Of a stretch of 64,000 nucleotides of DNA, positions 45,786-59,836 are shown in pieces. This DNA is from Eledone cirrhosa (Eukaryota): NCBI GenBank assembly GCA_964016885.1, contig OZ024740.1, positions 23,064,001 through 23,128,000 on the forward strand. The letters are read 5' to 3'. Numbering within the stretch: the stretch's first letter is position 1; the number at the start of each line of letters is the position of its first letter. The notes below the pieces were generated by a model, which saw only the letters and a list, made by a program, of their open reading frames with translations, was not told the DNA's origin and did no database searches. The translations under genes were made by a program, and so were the position numbers.

Positions 45786-48150
45786 TTATTTTTCTCTTAA
45801 GTCAGTATTGTTTGTTTGGGTGTTGTCATTTCTTTCATTTTTTCTGTTTAGCTTTGGCTTTCTAAGCTCTATTTCGCTTGCTTCTCTGATTTGCCTACCT
45901 GTTGGGTCATTTCTGTGTTTAGATATTATTTTAATTTCTATGTTGTCTATGTTACCGTCATGTTGTTGTCCGGAGTGTTCGTATAGTACTGAACCGTTCT
46001 TTTGTCCTTTTAATTCCACCCAGTGTTGGTTTATTCTTTCAACTATGCTTCGAGCTGTCTCACCTATGTATGTCGTTGTCATGTTTCTGCAAGTGCCCTA
46101 TGTACATCTTGTACTATAGACTACATTTCTAGTTTTACAGTTTATCTGGGGGTTTACTTTACATATAGCACATTTCTTATTAGTACAGTGGATTTTCTTA
46201 AAAGGATATGTTTTGTTGATCATGGATTTTATGGTAGTTCCTGGCTTTTCTATCATTTTAATCTTTAAGTTAGGGCCTTTCTGCATTGGTTAGCTAATTT
46301 CCCCCCCAGGAGTAACATCCACGAACATGACACTCTGGTATCTCTGGTTGTCGTACCGTGAAGTGGCTTTCCCTATCTTATGTTTAATCCTATCTAAACT
46401 ATTCCATTATTTGCTCCTGTTTAATGGGCAAATTCCTTTCATGTCCAGTTCTATGAGGGTCTTATACTTCTCCGTGGCTTCTTTGTATACTCTGATTCTG
46501 TCTCTTTGGTTGTAGCCAGAGAACTGCATGCGCTTGATGAAGTGTTGTATGTGTCTTTCCATTTCTGTTGGTGACACGTTCTTCATCACTCGTACCAAGT
46601 CTGCGATCAGAATATTAAACTTAGCACTACTGGACATTGCTGAGTTTTTGAGTTCAGGTATTTGGAGGCCATTGGTTTAGCGTAGTGTGAGTGGAGAATC
46701 TGGGCCCTTACGTCTATAGTGTTAATCCAGAGTTCCGTGTCTAATACAGGTAGTCTATTGTTAGGGTGTTTGGAAGGGTAGTCAATAGTTAGAGTTATAC
46801 ACCGGTGTATGGAATTATCCATCTGCTGGATGCTTTCCATTATGCTATATTCTAGATCATGTTCGTTAGTACTCTCTTGTGGGGATGTCCTTATTACTAT
46901 ATTAATGTCGTCTACGTAACGAGAGTACATGATGAGGTCTATGGACCTCTCTTCAGGGAAATCTTTGAGTCTCCTTTCCCACCATACCATAAAAAGGTTG
47001 GCAACATCACCAGCTATGCTGACGCTAATGGCTACTCCCTCATTTAGGGTGTAGTTTTTTTCATTGAATTTGAATATATGGCCCTTTAGGATAGTTTTAA
47101 TACTAGCCCCTATTGCATGCGCGACCATTTTTCTCATCTCATCATTGTTTTGGAGTGTCCGTATGGCTTTGCTCCACCCAATCCTCCTTCTCACGGGAGT
47201 CCTTTTGCCATTGAGGTTATGGTGGGGCGTCTACCTCTTATGGGTCTATTGGGGCAGAAACGGCTAAGGTTATGGCTGTCTAGGTACTCGGTGTCACAAG
47301 CAAGTTTAAGTAGGAGGCTCAGTTCATCTGTGTCGACGTCGCAGAATTCCACCTCACTCTCACTGATTATTTCGACACATTTTTCCACAGCAAAATCAAT
47401 CTTAATGGATGGGTACAGTTATACCACGTTCATACTTCCTATTATGCAGTTAGATAGGTTTTTGTTTTTGTTGCACTCATTGATTCTACTGAGGAGGTCC
47501 TCTGTGCTGTCACATACATCTGGGGACCTCTTAATTATGGGGCGTATAACCATTGAGAGGAAGTAGGAGATCCTGTAGTTGCTAGCGATATTGGCTCTGC
47601 ATACAGGTCTTGTTGGTGGTCTTGTCGTCGGGTCGTCGACGGTCGTATGGTCTCTGCGGAGCCCATACAAGGGTGGTATGTCATTGTTAGACGCCTGGAA
47701 GTTGCTGGCAGGGCGTCTGCTTAGCTTTAGGATGTCGGTCCACATCATCATGTGAGCGTTGTGGATCTTCTCTCTCCCCTCATGTGTTTGTTGTGTAGTT
47801 TCGTGTTGCTGATGTGGGGTTGCATAGCCTTGATATAGTTCGGCATGCTGTCTATCGACATCCTACCAGACTTATCCGTGGGTAGACACACTACCTCACC
47901 ATCCCTTGTGCGCCGCTTGAGTCTAACTAAACCTTCTACAGGTTTCCTTCAAAGTTGTTGGACCTCTGGTCTGATTTGACTCTTAGTATACTAGTCTATT
48001 ATTTGTTTAATCTTATTTCAAGCTATGGTGAACTGTGCCTCTGTCTCGTCATCTATTTGTTGTGGTATATAAACCCTTTTATTAAAGGGTAACCTCGTAG
48101 GATAAATATTACCCACCTTATATGTTTTGTCAGCTGGATTGAAGAATAGT
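45786..48150 (-). pseudogene. PLE RT + GIY-YIG ORF with multiple frameshifts/stops
   Basis: Colinear ORF-track fragments 47419, 47191, 46607, 46407, 46098, 45786. Confidence 0.88.
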
Positions 48151-48392
48151 TTCTCTAAGGGGTTGTCTAAGGGGTTGTCAGATACACAACTATGTCTATC
48201 ATCATAGTTGTGTATCTTGCTATGATTGTTATTATGGTTGTTGTTGTTCCTACCATTAATATTATTATTATTGTTATGATTGTTAGATGTATTGTTGTTG
48301 TTTTCTCTATTGTCATTGTTGTTGTTACTGTTATTTCTACCATTGTAGTTGTTAATTTTATTCTGTTTCTTGTTTTTGTTTTTGTTGTTGTT

Positions 48393-48483
<91 letters not shown>

Positions 48484-49353
48484 TTGTTGTTTTTGTTGTT
48501 GTGTGTATCATTAATGTTGCTACTCGTAGCATAGGTGAAAGAATAGATCAACACTGGGGGAATTAAAAGGACAAAAGAACGGTTCAGTACTATACGAACA
48601 TGCCAGACAACAACATGACGGTAACATAGACAACATAGAAATTAAAATAATATCTAAACTTAGAAATGACTCAACAGGTAGGCAAATCAGAGAAGCAAGC
48701 GAAATAGAGCTTAGAAAGCCAAAGCTAAACAGAAAAAAAGAAAGAAATGACAACACCCAAACAAACAATACTGACTTAAGAGAAATATAAATAAATAAAT
48801 AAATATGTACACAAGCACAATAACAAACACATATAAACACACACTAATAAACTAAGATAGAATACAATAACCAAACCACAGTCACCCAAACGCGAACACA
48901 CACACCAAAATACTATACACACACGCAAACGCATGCGCAGAGACGAAGACAAAAATAAATAAATAAATAAACAAATAAATAAATAGATAAAATAAAAATG
49001 GCGTAGACATTACAATACATACAATGCAGCAGGGGAAACATGATAATAGTACCACTGATGATGTTGCAGATGTGCAACGAAAGAACTTTGATAGACTATA
49101 TATATATATTTATATCTGTATTTTTGACCGTTGGTCAGTTAATGATAAACATTGATTGCCGAATGAATTAACTGTGGAGATATAAAAGATACAGAAGCGA
49201 AAACCAACCAAACAGTGAGTGTGTTTTGTTATTATTCCCGGCAATAGTATTACAACAATATGACCCTCCCCAAGTATAACAATGAATATATATATATATA
49301 TATTGAATTTTTTTTTAGGAATTTTCAATGTTTTCAAGTTTTAATAGGTTTTG

Positions 49354-49411
49354 CCGTCTGAAGAGCTCGGACTATCATAACTGATGGTCCTTAGTGAAAT
49401 ACGTATAACAG
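49354..49411 (+). ncRNA. Type I hammerhead ribozyme
   Basis: CCGT-CTGAAGA-GCT-c-GGACTATCA(TAAC)TGATGGTCC-tt-AGT-GAAA-TACGTA-TA-ACAG. Confidence 0.8.
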
Positions 49412-49466
49412 GGTTTTAAATATACCTGAATAGAGTAACTATGACCTCTGCTAATATATATATGTG

Positions 49467-49579
<113 letters not shown>

Positions 49580-49732
49580 CGTATATATATATATATAGAG
49601 AGAGAGAGAAATCTACCAAAATATACGGTAGTGTCCAATCCGTATGAAGAACTCAATGTAATCCAAATATCATGAAAAGAGAAGATGTATTCAAATTTTT
49701 TTCGATGAAAAACACAGGAAAACAGAGTCAAG

Positions 49733-50115
49733 ATAAATTAATAAAAATAATGAATAAAAACAAAGAAAAAGTTCCTTATATTAAAAAATTCATCATTTTA
49801 CGATCGTTTCTAGGATATATATGTGTGTGTTGGTATGTATATCATATAGATCTATGTAAACGTTTTACAAACTATCAGAGGGAATATACATACCTACACA
49901 TATATATGCTGTCTTCAGAAATAATGTTTCTGAAGACAGCATATATATGTGTAGGTATGTATATTCCCTCTGATAGTTTGTAAAACTTTCCATAGATCTA
50001 TATGATATACATACCAACACACACATATATATCCTAGAAACGATCGTAAAATGATGAATTTTTTAATATAAGGAACTTTTTCTTTGTTTTTATTCATTAT
50101 TTTTATTAATTTATA
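49733..50115. repeat. Near-perfect palindrome, arms about 190 bp
   Basis: Centre CTGTCTTCAGAAA-TAATG-TTTCTGAAGACAG; right end in (TA)n. Confidence 0.92.
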
Positions 50116-50174
50116 TATATATATATATATATATGGAGGAGATTATAGTTCACTTGAAGCATTGTGTAATGAGG

Positions 50175-50573
50175 TATAAACGTTTGAATATGTATAATAA
50201 AGCCAAAACAATGCAGCTATGGACATAGAATAAAGAATGCACTTGCAAAAGATATTGTTGACAATTAGTCTTTTACTTTAGATTTATTTTAAATGTCCTT
50301 AATTTTCGAGATAATATCTCTTGTTCAGAGGGAAATAAAGGTCTCAAACCAGCGTTCTAAATAGCTTGCCAAGTCATGCTATACCATTTGCCAAGTCAGC
50401 ATGACTTGGCAAGCTATTTAGAACGCTGGTTTGAGACCTTATTATCTCGAAAATTAAGGACATTTAAATAAATCTAAGGTAAAAGACTAATTGTCAACAA
50501 TATCTTTTGCATTTGCATTCTTTATTCTATGTCCATACCTGCATTGTTTTGGCTTTATTATACATATTCAAAC

Positions 50574-50580
<7 letters not shown>
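50175..50580. mobile_element. Fold-back of the 1215-1410 family with HHR-like motif at 50296-50333 (minus)
   Basis: Inverted arms ending TATAAACGTTTGA / TCAAACGTTTATA; core CTGAACA-AGAGATATTATCTC-GAAA. Confidence 0.75.
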
Positions 50581-50653
<73 letters not shown>

Positions 50654-50654
50654 C

Positions 50655-50696
<42 letters not shown>

Positions 50697-50911
50697 CTGA
50701 TGGTAGCTAAGATGCTTCCATAGGCGGTATGCCGGTTGAGCCCTCTATGCTCTTACAGAGCAGAGTATGATAGAATAGAAAACGAAAAATCAGTGATGCA
50801 TCTGAACTCAATTTATTGGGTGTTACAATTGTTTCGCCGGCGGATAGCTCGAGACGCGATCATTGTGTGGATCTGTCGGTCCAGAATCAGACAGATTCAC
50901 ACAATGATCGC

Positions 50912-50987
<76 letters not shown>

Positions 50988-50992
<5 letters not shown>

Positions 50993-51790
50993 GTAACAGG
51001 AGGCTGGACTGGTGTAAATCCTTGAAAGGTTTATTATACTATGATCATTTCAATGACCGGGTTCCATATGAATCCGGTGATATCATCAGGTATTGGAATA
51101 TGACAAAGGAATATGTAAAAAGCCATGGGTCCGAAAAACCATGGGTCCGAGAAACCAGAGACAGAGAAGGCGGCTGACCAACTAGCTACACAGCCAGCCG
51201 CCCTCAAAGTGTTGGCAACCGAAAAACTACCAGTGAAAATCTGGTAAGGGGGCGCAGGCCTATCATGTACCACCACCACCCGTCAAAGAGGAAGGGGAAG
51301 AAAGGGAGAAAGAAGTGTGGTGTAAGGGTCAAAATACATTCATGTTAGAAAATGCCGCCAAAAGAATGCTACCCAAAGAATCTATAGTGGGTGTCTGTAT
51401 GGTCTAATGTGTGAACCGAAGATTGGAACGCTAAACTTATGTTGCGAGTTATAGGATGAAATAAATTAAATTAAAAATATTATATTGCAAAATGGTAAAT
51501 TGAAAAATAGAGGTAGCGAGATTTATTTATTTAACGAACTTACGTTTCCGGACCCATGGTTTTTCGGACCCATGGCTTTTTACATATTCCTTTGTTATAT
51601 TCCAATACCTGATGATATCACCGGATTCATATGGAACCCGGTCATTGAAATGATCATAGTATAATAAACCTTTCAAGGATTTACACCAGTCCAGCCTGCT
51701 GTTACTTCATTTATAATTAACTCCGTATTCGTACCACCAACTACACAAACGAAGATGGGTGAACTGCACTGCGTTGAGTACTCTTCACAA
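50988..51790. mobile_element. PLE-type terminus with about 165-bp inverted repeats, each with a hammerhead (51036-51093 minus; 51605-51662 plus)
   Basis: ATAC-CTGATGA-..ACCGG..CCGGT..-GAAA-TGATCA-TA-GTAT. Confidence 0.8.
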
Positions 51791-51854
51791 TATTACACCA
51801 GGATTGACCATACGGAATGACCAGTTCTATCCAGTGGTGAACCAACAAACCTTA

Positions 51855-51919
<65 letters not shown>

Positions 51920-52694
51920 TATAAATGCATATAAACAAAAAATAGAAACGATGTAGCGTTTAAGTAAAATACATTTAGAGCCATTTTTTTTTATTTTGCA
52001 AGGCACAACATATATATAAGATGAAAGGATATAAACAAACATGAGTGTTATGAACCCTCATCAGCTGATTTCTGGAAAAGATCATTGTTATTTTATCCAA
52101 TTAAGGGCTGGATCTCTTCCTTAATCTAGAAATTACAGAGAGTAGGAATACACAACAACCACTGGAAAAGATACCTGAAGGCTATTACAACAAAATCATA
52201 ACCATATACGTATGGAAAATATACATAGAAATACACTACGACTGTGGAAATACAGAAAAATATATTAGAATGTGCGCAAAGCTGTAACGCTGAAACCCCT
52301 GGTATGAATTTGCTTCAGTACAATACAAGATTGAGCTACTGAGCCCGAGAACTACTGCATGAGAAATTCAAATATGTTTTCATATCCCCAATTGGACACA
52401 TACAAATAGATTAGCCAGCTCAGTTCTTTCACATTACAACTCTATATTAAGAAATAGCAAACATCAATTCTATCGTTATCAACGACGAAGATGTAGCATC
52501 AACATGAAGTGAAACGAACTTCGCTACTGGTCTTGATGGGTTCCCTGTAATCCTTTCACAAACATGCATCGTCAGCGGAACCATTTCTAAAGAAAGGATC
52601 TCACTTGTTTGTTCATTGTAAAAATACAGCGTGTCCATAAAGCGTTAGATAATTTGAGTATGATATTATTAAAGGTCTTTTACTGACATTAATA

Positions 52695-52880
52695 GTGGAT
52701 TGGCAGTATCGGTAGAAGGTCGGATGCCATGCTTTGCAGCAAAGAGTTACGGCCCTTTATGGTCTGAGTTCAAATCCCGCAGAGGTTAACTTTGCCTTTC
52801 ATCCTTACGGGGTCGATAAAATAAAGTACCAGTAATACACTGGGATAATTGCTGGCCTTGTGCAAAAAGTAGAAACAATT
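52695..52880 (+). mobile_element. Meta-domain tRNA SINE nested in the DNA transposon
   Basis: Full family consensus. Confidence 0.9.
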
Positions 52881-53615
52881 AATAGTTTTATTAATATTAT
52901 GTTTGTATGTATCATCCCGCAATTAAATAATTATCAGAAGTTACCCCTAAAAATTAATGAGGTAACCTTCCTTGTGTCTGGAAAGCTTAACAAGCATAAT
53001 GCAGGAATTTGGGATCTAAAACTCCCCACGTTACTAGGGAACTTGAACATGACAGCCCAAAGGTCGACGTATGGTGCGGGATTTTGTGCAATAAAGTTAC
53101 TGCTCTATTTCCCTTTTATGAAAAGATATTAACTGCTGATACTTATCTTGATGTTCCAAAAGAACTCATTATGCCACAAGTAGAAGAGCTCTATCAAAAA
53201 GTCGTCTTTCAGCAAGATGGAACATCGCCTCATTGGGGAATAAATGTCTGGATTTTTAAATGAAAGGTTTCCAGATCGCTGGAAAGGAAGAGGTGGCCGT
53301 ATACATTGGTTCCCTCGTTGCCCAGATATAACACTCATGGACATTTTCTTGTGGGACTATACGAAAGATATCATGTACCACCCTAAAGGAAAAAAAACAC
53401 TTTGATGACCTTAAGCAAAGAATAAGTGCCGCCATTGCGACTATTGATGAATGTATTTTAAGAAGGATATCGCCAGAAATTGAACATAGTTTAGATATCA
53501 TTCCTGCAACGAATGGGTCTCATATAGAAATTTATTAACTATTTCTATATACATTTCACTATTTACTTGATATTATGTAAATATTTCATTATGTAAATTA
53601 TATTATGTAAATATA

Positions 53616-53804
53616 GGGCGGTGTATTGGCAGTATTGTTAGAGGGTCGGACGCCATGCTTGGCAGCAAAGAGTTACGGCCCTTTATGGTCTGAGTTCAAA
53701 TCACGGCGAGGTTAACTTTGCCTTTCATCCTTACGGGATCGATAAAATAAAATACAAGTAATACACTGGGATAATTGCTGGCCTTGTGCCAAAAGTAGAA
53801 ACAG
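53616..53804 (+). mobile_element. Meta-domain tRNA SINE with TTATGTAAATAT target duplication
   Basis: Full family consensus; same 12-mer on both flanks. Confidence 0.9.
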
Positions 53805-54639
53805 TTATGTAAATATTTCAACAGTATCTAGTGTTCGGTTGTAAATTCGGTTGTAAATTGATACATGTTTCTAAATGTCTAAAGACTTTGTGGATACCCG
53901 GTATAGGGCATGGTGTTAGTTTTAATGCAATAAGCAAAGGAATTATGTTAAACTGACATAAATGTCATTGAATGGTAGTGCTGATTTCAACTGTTGCTGT
54001 ATTTAGAGCTAAACTGACTTAATCTTTATTGATTGTAAATGAAATCAATAATATTTATCCATGAACTTATGGCTCGTATGATCACCTTATATTTCATACG
54101 AAATCGTTGAAGTTAATTTTTTCATCTAAAGAAGATAGAATCAACTTTAACATTTGATATGTATTCTCCAGATAAAACTAATCTGAATATGACATTTAAC
54201 CTTTAAATTTAAGTGAAGATATTTCTATTCCAATAGAAATATTCTGATAAAAACATTTTCCTTGTCTCTTATCGTTCGTAACCTGAAAAAAAGGAGTCAT
54301 TTTTAAATATTTAATTTAACAAATATTAATTATAATTTCATAATTTAAAAACATTGTTTGTGGACCTATCTGATGTTATAAATAGATGGTACAATTTATT
54401 CCCATCTTCACATAATCTTGCTCTAAGTTCAGTCTCCACTGATGTCTGTTGTTATCCTGCTGGAATTGAACATCCTCCAAACTCGACTTTGAAATAAATC
54501 GACCATTTATAACACTTGTGTTGATCACGCCTGGGATTCGTACGACAAAAATAATAATACGAAAGACAATGTAAGATCAGATGCAGTACTCAATAACCTT
54601 TTCTATAACTGAAGCATACGAAAAGAATACGATCACGAA

Positions 54640-55089
54640 TAGAAGCAGCCGTAATAGGGTTCCTTGGAAGGGCCTCTGGAGTAATGTTATTGGATAGAGC
54701 GTAGCTTGGAGATAAGAGTGTAACTCCATGTAGAGCCGCCACTTCTCCGAATTAGAAAAAAACAGCTTATAGAATAGAATAGGTCGAAATGGGGCTCGTA
54801 GAACCGCTACTTCTCTGAATTTAGAGATCTAAGCTCTGACACTATGGGCATGTGGTTAGAATGTCTCAGGTAAGAATCGCTGGACAGATTTTACGGGCAA
54901 AACCAACCAGCAGGAGACCCAGGGATAGATCTCGAGGAAGATGGTTGAATAACAGCTATGAACTTGGCTGGCCTGGCTTGGTGATCCAGTCGGATCTATA
55001 GGAAACGGTTCCTTCTGACAGGATCCGTTTGAAGGAGTGTCTGAGGACTCTGTTCCAAAGACCCTCTCAGGAAGAAGAAGAAGAAGAAG

Positions 55090-55119
<30 letters not shown>
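54640..55119 (+). mobile_element. Decayed RTE-like LINE 3' fragment with (GAA)n tail
   Basis: YGHVVRMSQVRIAGQILRAKPTSRRPRDRSRGRW. Confidence 0.6.
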
Positions 55120-55120
<1 letters not shown>

Positions 55121-55500
55121 TAAGTAGTTGTCAAAGATGCAGCCCACCCCCACACTAACTCACATAACTTAGTATATTTCGTTGTACAAATGTAGGTACA
55201 ACAATTCTGTAATTATTGACGAAACAATAAATTTGTTGATCGATTACTTGTGTTCTGTGCTGAAATAACCTCCTCCCATGAATACAATCAGTGGTGTATT
55301 GCTCCATTTATCCCTTCTATATATGGAGCAACTATATCATATTTTGTTAGCTTTTAGTGCTGAAATAAACTATTTCCAACAGTACGATCACTCGATATGT
55401 ATTCACCCCCTTGTCTCATCTATATAATCTCCAACTACACGACGGTAGTAAGATAGAGACAGTGCGGACGTAAATAAATAATAAAAGTATACGACCCTAA

Positions 55501-58051
55501 TCTATCTCCTTATAATATATAACCAACAATTTCTCTGTTTGTCTATCTGTCTGTCCGACAGTGGAAACACGTGCGCGCGTGCGAATGTTTTTTGCGCACG
55601 CGTAGAGAGAGAGAGTGAGAGTGAAAGAAAGAGACAGACTACGAGAATGGGATAGCGGGAGAGAGAGAGAGAGTGAATAGACGCTAAAACACGTACGCGC
55701 GTGCGAATGTTTTTTGCGCACGCGTAGAGAGAGAGAGAGTGAGAGTGAAAGAAAGAGACAGACTACAAGAGAGGGTTAGCGGGAGGGAGAGAGGGGGAAT
55801 TGAGGAGTGCTACAGAAACATATATACATATCTGTGTGTGTGTAATATATATATATATACATACACTGAAATATATATATATACATACAGAAATATATAT
55901 ACATTTCTGTGTGTGTAATATATATATATATATACACACACAAATATATATACATTTCTGTGTGTGTAATATATATATATACTAGCAGAAAAACCACGCG
56001 TGGGCGGTTTTCTGCTAGTCTATACATATAAAACTGAGGATGTCTCTCTGTGTGTGTATAAGTTTGAATCCCTAACACTCGGGAACCACCCAACCGACTG
56101 TTTACAAACTTTACACATGTAATAATTATGTTTCAGGGAGTGTTCTGAGCAAAAAATTGTCAATGCCCTAGGGACCGCATTAGGCGATTTAGCGATCTCA
56201 CTCTATAATTCTTAGTCTTTCTCTTTTTAGATAGATACATATAACATCTGTCTGTATGTCTGACTGTCTGCATTACGTCACTTCTCTGAGGATGTCGTTA
56301 CGTCTGACTGATTTCCTTGAAATTGTAACTATGTATTAGTCAGTCTCTTCTTCATACCGTGAGCAAAAGAAGAAAATCCAACTTTTTTATGGCCTCGGGC
56401 CCGCATTAGATGAAACACTTCATTTTTTCAGCTTTTTAGGGCTTTTTTGAGGCGTTACGTCTAGCCGATTTTCCAGAAATTTCAGGGCATATAGTTTTTC
56501 CATGATTAGGTCTGTTGGCGGCCCGCGTTCCAAAATACCTTATCCCGTGCAACGCCGGGTACCACTGATAGTCTATATATATAAAACTGAGGATGTCTGT
56601 CTGTGTGTGTGTGTGTGAGAGAGTTTGAATCCCTAAAATTCGAGAAGCACCCAACCCATTGTTTTCAAACTTTACGCATGTAATACTTATGTTTCAGGGA
56701 GTGTTGTGAGCAAAATGAATTTCACATTTTCAACACTCTAGGGATCGCATTAGGGAGTTTAGCGATCTCTCTCTATAATTCTTAGTCTTTCGCTTTTTAG
56801 ATAGATAATACATATAACGTCGCGCCCTTATAATATCTATCTGTATGTCTGGCTAGACAGCCAGACATACTCGGCGCCTCAATGTATGGCTGTTAAACGG
56901 ACCGCGAACGCATACTGATTCATTCTAAAGGCTACCAGTGGAAGCAACCATAACACCCTCCAAATGTCAAAGAACGCAGTCAAAGTCCCTATTAAGGGCT
57001 ACAAGTGAACGCTCACATGACCCTTTTTAGGGCCACCATTTGAAATTGTTGATGGTTACCCATCCTTACTGGGGTGTCAGTGAACGGCTTACACGGCCCT
57101 TTTAAGGGCCCTTGAAATAGCTGATGGCGACCCTTTCGTTTAGGGCTGCCAGTGAACACGCACACGCCTCGGGGCACATTTTATTCCACCATTCCTCTTT
57201 AAATTTGTTAAATTATACCCACAGTTTGGTAAACGTTTGTCCAGTTGCGTTTACTTACTAGAGTGCAGTAGACTCCTTCGAGAAGGCTCCACATACTGTC
57301 CGATTGTACGTCATGCCTTGCTCAAGCATTGCAGACTTCCCTCTGACATAAGTGGTGACATCTGTCCTGCTGACTCATGCCACCTTATTAAAGTACAAAA
57401 GCACCAGCGCCGATTTTCTCCACGTGGAAGGAGAAGCAAACCTAATACTAATTGCATCAGAGTATTCGGTTTATTTTCTTTACATATTGTCCAGTCATGC
57501 AGTTTTTCCACGATTAGGTCTGTTGACGGCCTGCGTTATGTTTCAGGGAATGTTATGCACATAAAAAATTCAACTTTTTAATCCCCTAGGGCCCGCAATT
57601 GGTGAAAAACTACGTTTTTTCAGCCTTTTAGGGGTATTTTGAGGCGTTACGTCAGACCGATTTCCTTGAAATTGTAACTATGTATTAGTCAGTCTCTTCT
57701 TCATACCGTGAGCAAAGAAAATCCAACTTTTTTATGGCCTAGGGCCCGCATTAGGTGAAAAACTTCATTTTTACAGCCTTTTAGGGCTTTTATTAGGCGT
57801 TACGTCTCACCGATTTTCCTTAAATTTCAAGGCATATTATGCACATAAAAAAAATTCATTTTCTTAATGCCCTTAGGTGAAAACCTGCATATTTCCTTCT
57901 TCATCGAGGAAAATCTTAAAGAGTATACAGCCATCAGAGTATTCGATTTGTTTTATTTACATATTGTCGAGGCATGCAGTTTTTCCACGATTACATCTGT
58001 TGGCGGCCCGCGTTCCAAAATATACCGTGCAACGCCGGGTACCACTGCTAG
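55501..58051 (+). mobile_element. Head-to-tail array of non-autonomous Helitron-like units (55501-56018, 56019-56571, 56572-58051)
   Basis: Units start TCTAT..; end with GC hairpin CCCGTGCAACGCCGGG + (C/A)TAG; last unit is followed by T. Confidence 0.72.
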
Positions 58052-58494
58052 TATATAATAAAATAAAGATAAAATTATTCAACAGAATTCGTAATATAAA
58101 TTACACCATGAAGTTAAACACTGCTACAGCTGATGACCTTTGTGCGGTCACTTTTCCTGATAGAGCTATTAGTCACATCATAACCTATCCTCTTTAAAGA
58201 AGGAAGGACATCGGATAATGCTTTCCTGCATACATTCTGCCTTAAAAATAACAACAAGACGGCCACGCCTGGAGTGCCTTAATCCAGGTTAATTCGATCT
58301 GATATCTCTTCATGGTTAAAAAAGAAACAAAAAATAGGAAAAAACAACTAAAAGAACAACAACATCAGCTACAATAAAACTATCTCCGACACTCACAGAT
58401 GTAGATGGAAGAGGAGACATTATTAACAGTCCTTGCGCATTCCCTCCTTTCCTTCGCATTTCTGCCATTTATAATCGTTTTCAACATATGTCAA

Positions 58495-59054
<560 letters not shown>

Positions 59055-59127
59055 TTGTATATTGACTCCACTAAATTGTTGAGTGCTTTATATCAGTTAT
59101 AAATTTTTTGAATTAAATATAACCTCT

Positions 59128-59190
<63 letters not shown>

Positions 59191-59244
59191 CGTGGAGAAG
59201 TAAATAAAGGAGAACAAACCGTTAAAACATGTTTATTTAAAATA

Positions 59245-59284
59245 GCACCTACGTAAGTTTCGCCCGAATAGGCTTCTCAAGGGC
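59245..59284 (-). ncRNA. Minimal hammerhead, U3-A8 variant, within a cassette with about 47-bp inverted ends (59190-59598)
   Basis: GCCC-TTGAGAA-GCCT(ATTC)GGGC-GAAA-C(TTAC)G-TA-GGTGC. Confidence 0.7.
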
Positions 59285-59746
59285 ATAAACAACTAAAAAG
59301 CGTTCCTTACATGACCCGGAATGGGTTTTCAGAAATAAGTTCACGCCAGAGTTCATTCTTCGTAAAAAAAAAACGTATTGATTTTGCAGTAGGTCAAGGG
59401 AGATACCTCTAGCCAGTGTTAGAGCAGTCTTTTCCGGACGATTTTTTTTATCCGTTACTACTATGTGGTTACTAACTTACCATTGTCGATACGCACAGGG
59501 TCAGGTATGCAACGTTAGTTTCGAGACGTTTGTTTGCTGCGCCTGCATGTCAAAACATGTTTTAACTGTTTGTTCTCCTTTATTTACTTCTCCACGTGCT
59601 TCCGCTCTGCTAATTCTCTCGCCCACTAGATATTAACACTTCTAATATTTAACACTGCCGGCACTAGTATTGAGCACCCTCTGCATACGCTATCGGCAAA
59701 TAACTACATGTATCGCCTATCCCTCCTTCTCTCTCTCGATACGTAA

Positions 59747-59834
<88 letters not shown>

Positions 59835-59836
59835 TA

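Larger units (their letters stand above)
45216..49283 (-). mobile_element. Naiad-like PLE, degenerate, with inverted pseudo-LTR (48523-49283)
   Basis: PPTRPVC, IGSMNVV, RT insertion, GVAISVSIAG, YSRYVDD, LPVLD, HYAKPMAS, MQFSGY, CTNKKCAIC, YIGETARS; hammerheads at 45568-45610 (minus) and 49051-49092 (plus). Confidence 0.85.
52625..53903 (+). mobile_element. Decayed Tc1/mariner-superfamily DNA transposon
   Basis: SPKVDVWCG, FQQDGTSPHW, WFPRCPDITLMDIFLW motifs; imperfect TIRs TACAGCGTGTCCATAAAG / CTTTGTGGATACCCGGTA. Confidence 0.8.

Noticed and set aside
46098-46100. Possible selenocysteine read-through in the Naiad-like endonuclease
   Set aside because: The in-frame stop is TAG, not TGA, and not at a Cys position (RCT*GTC)
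54201-54282. Possible minus-strand host exon (TTTTTTTCAG acceptor, AAG/GTTAAA donor)
   Set aside because: Short, weak donor, no recognisable protein similarity or partner exons
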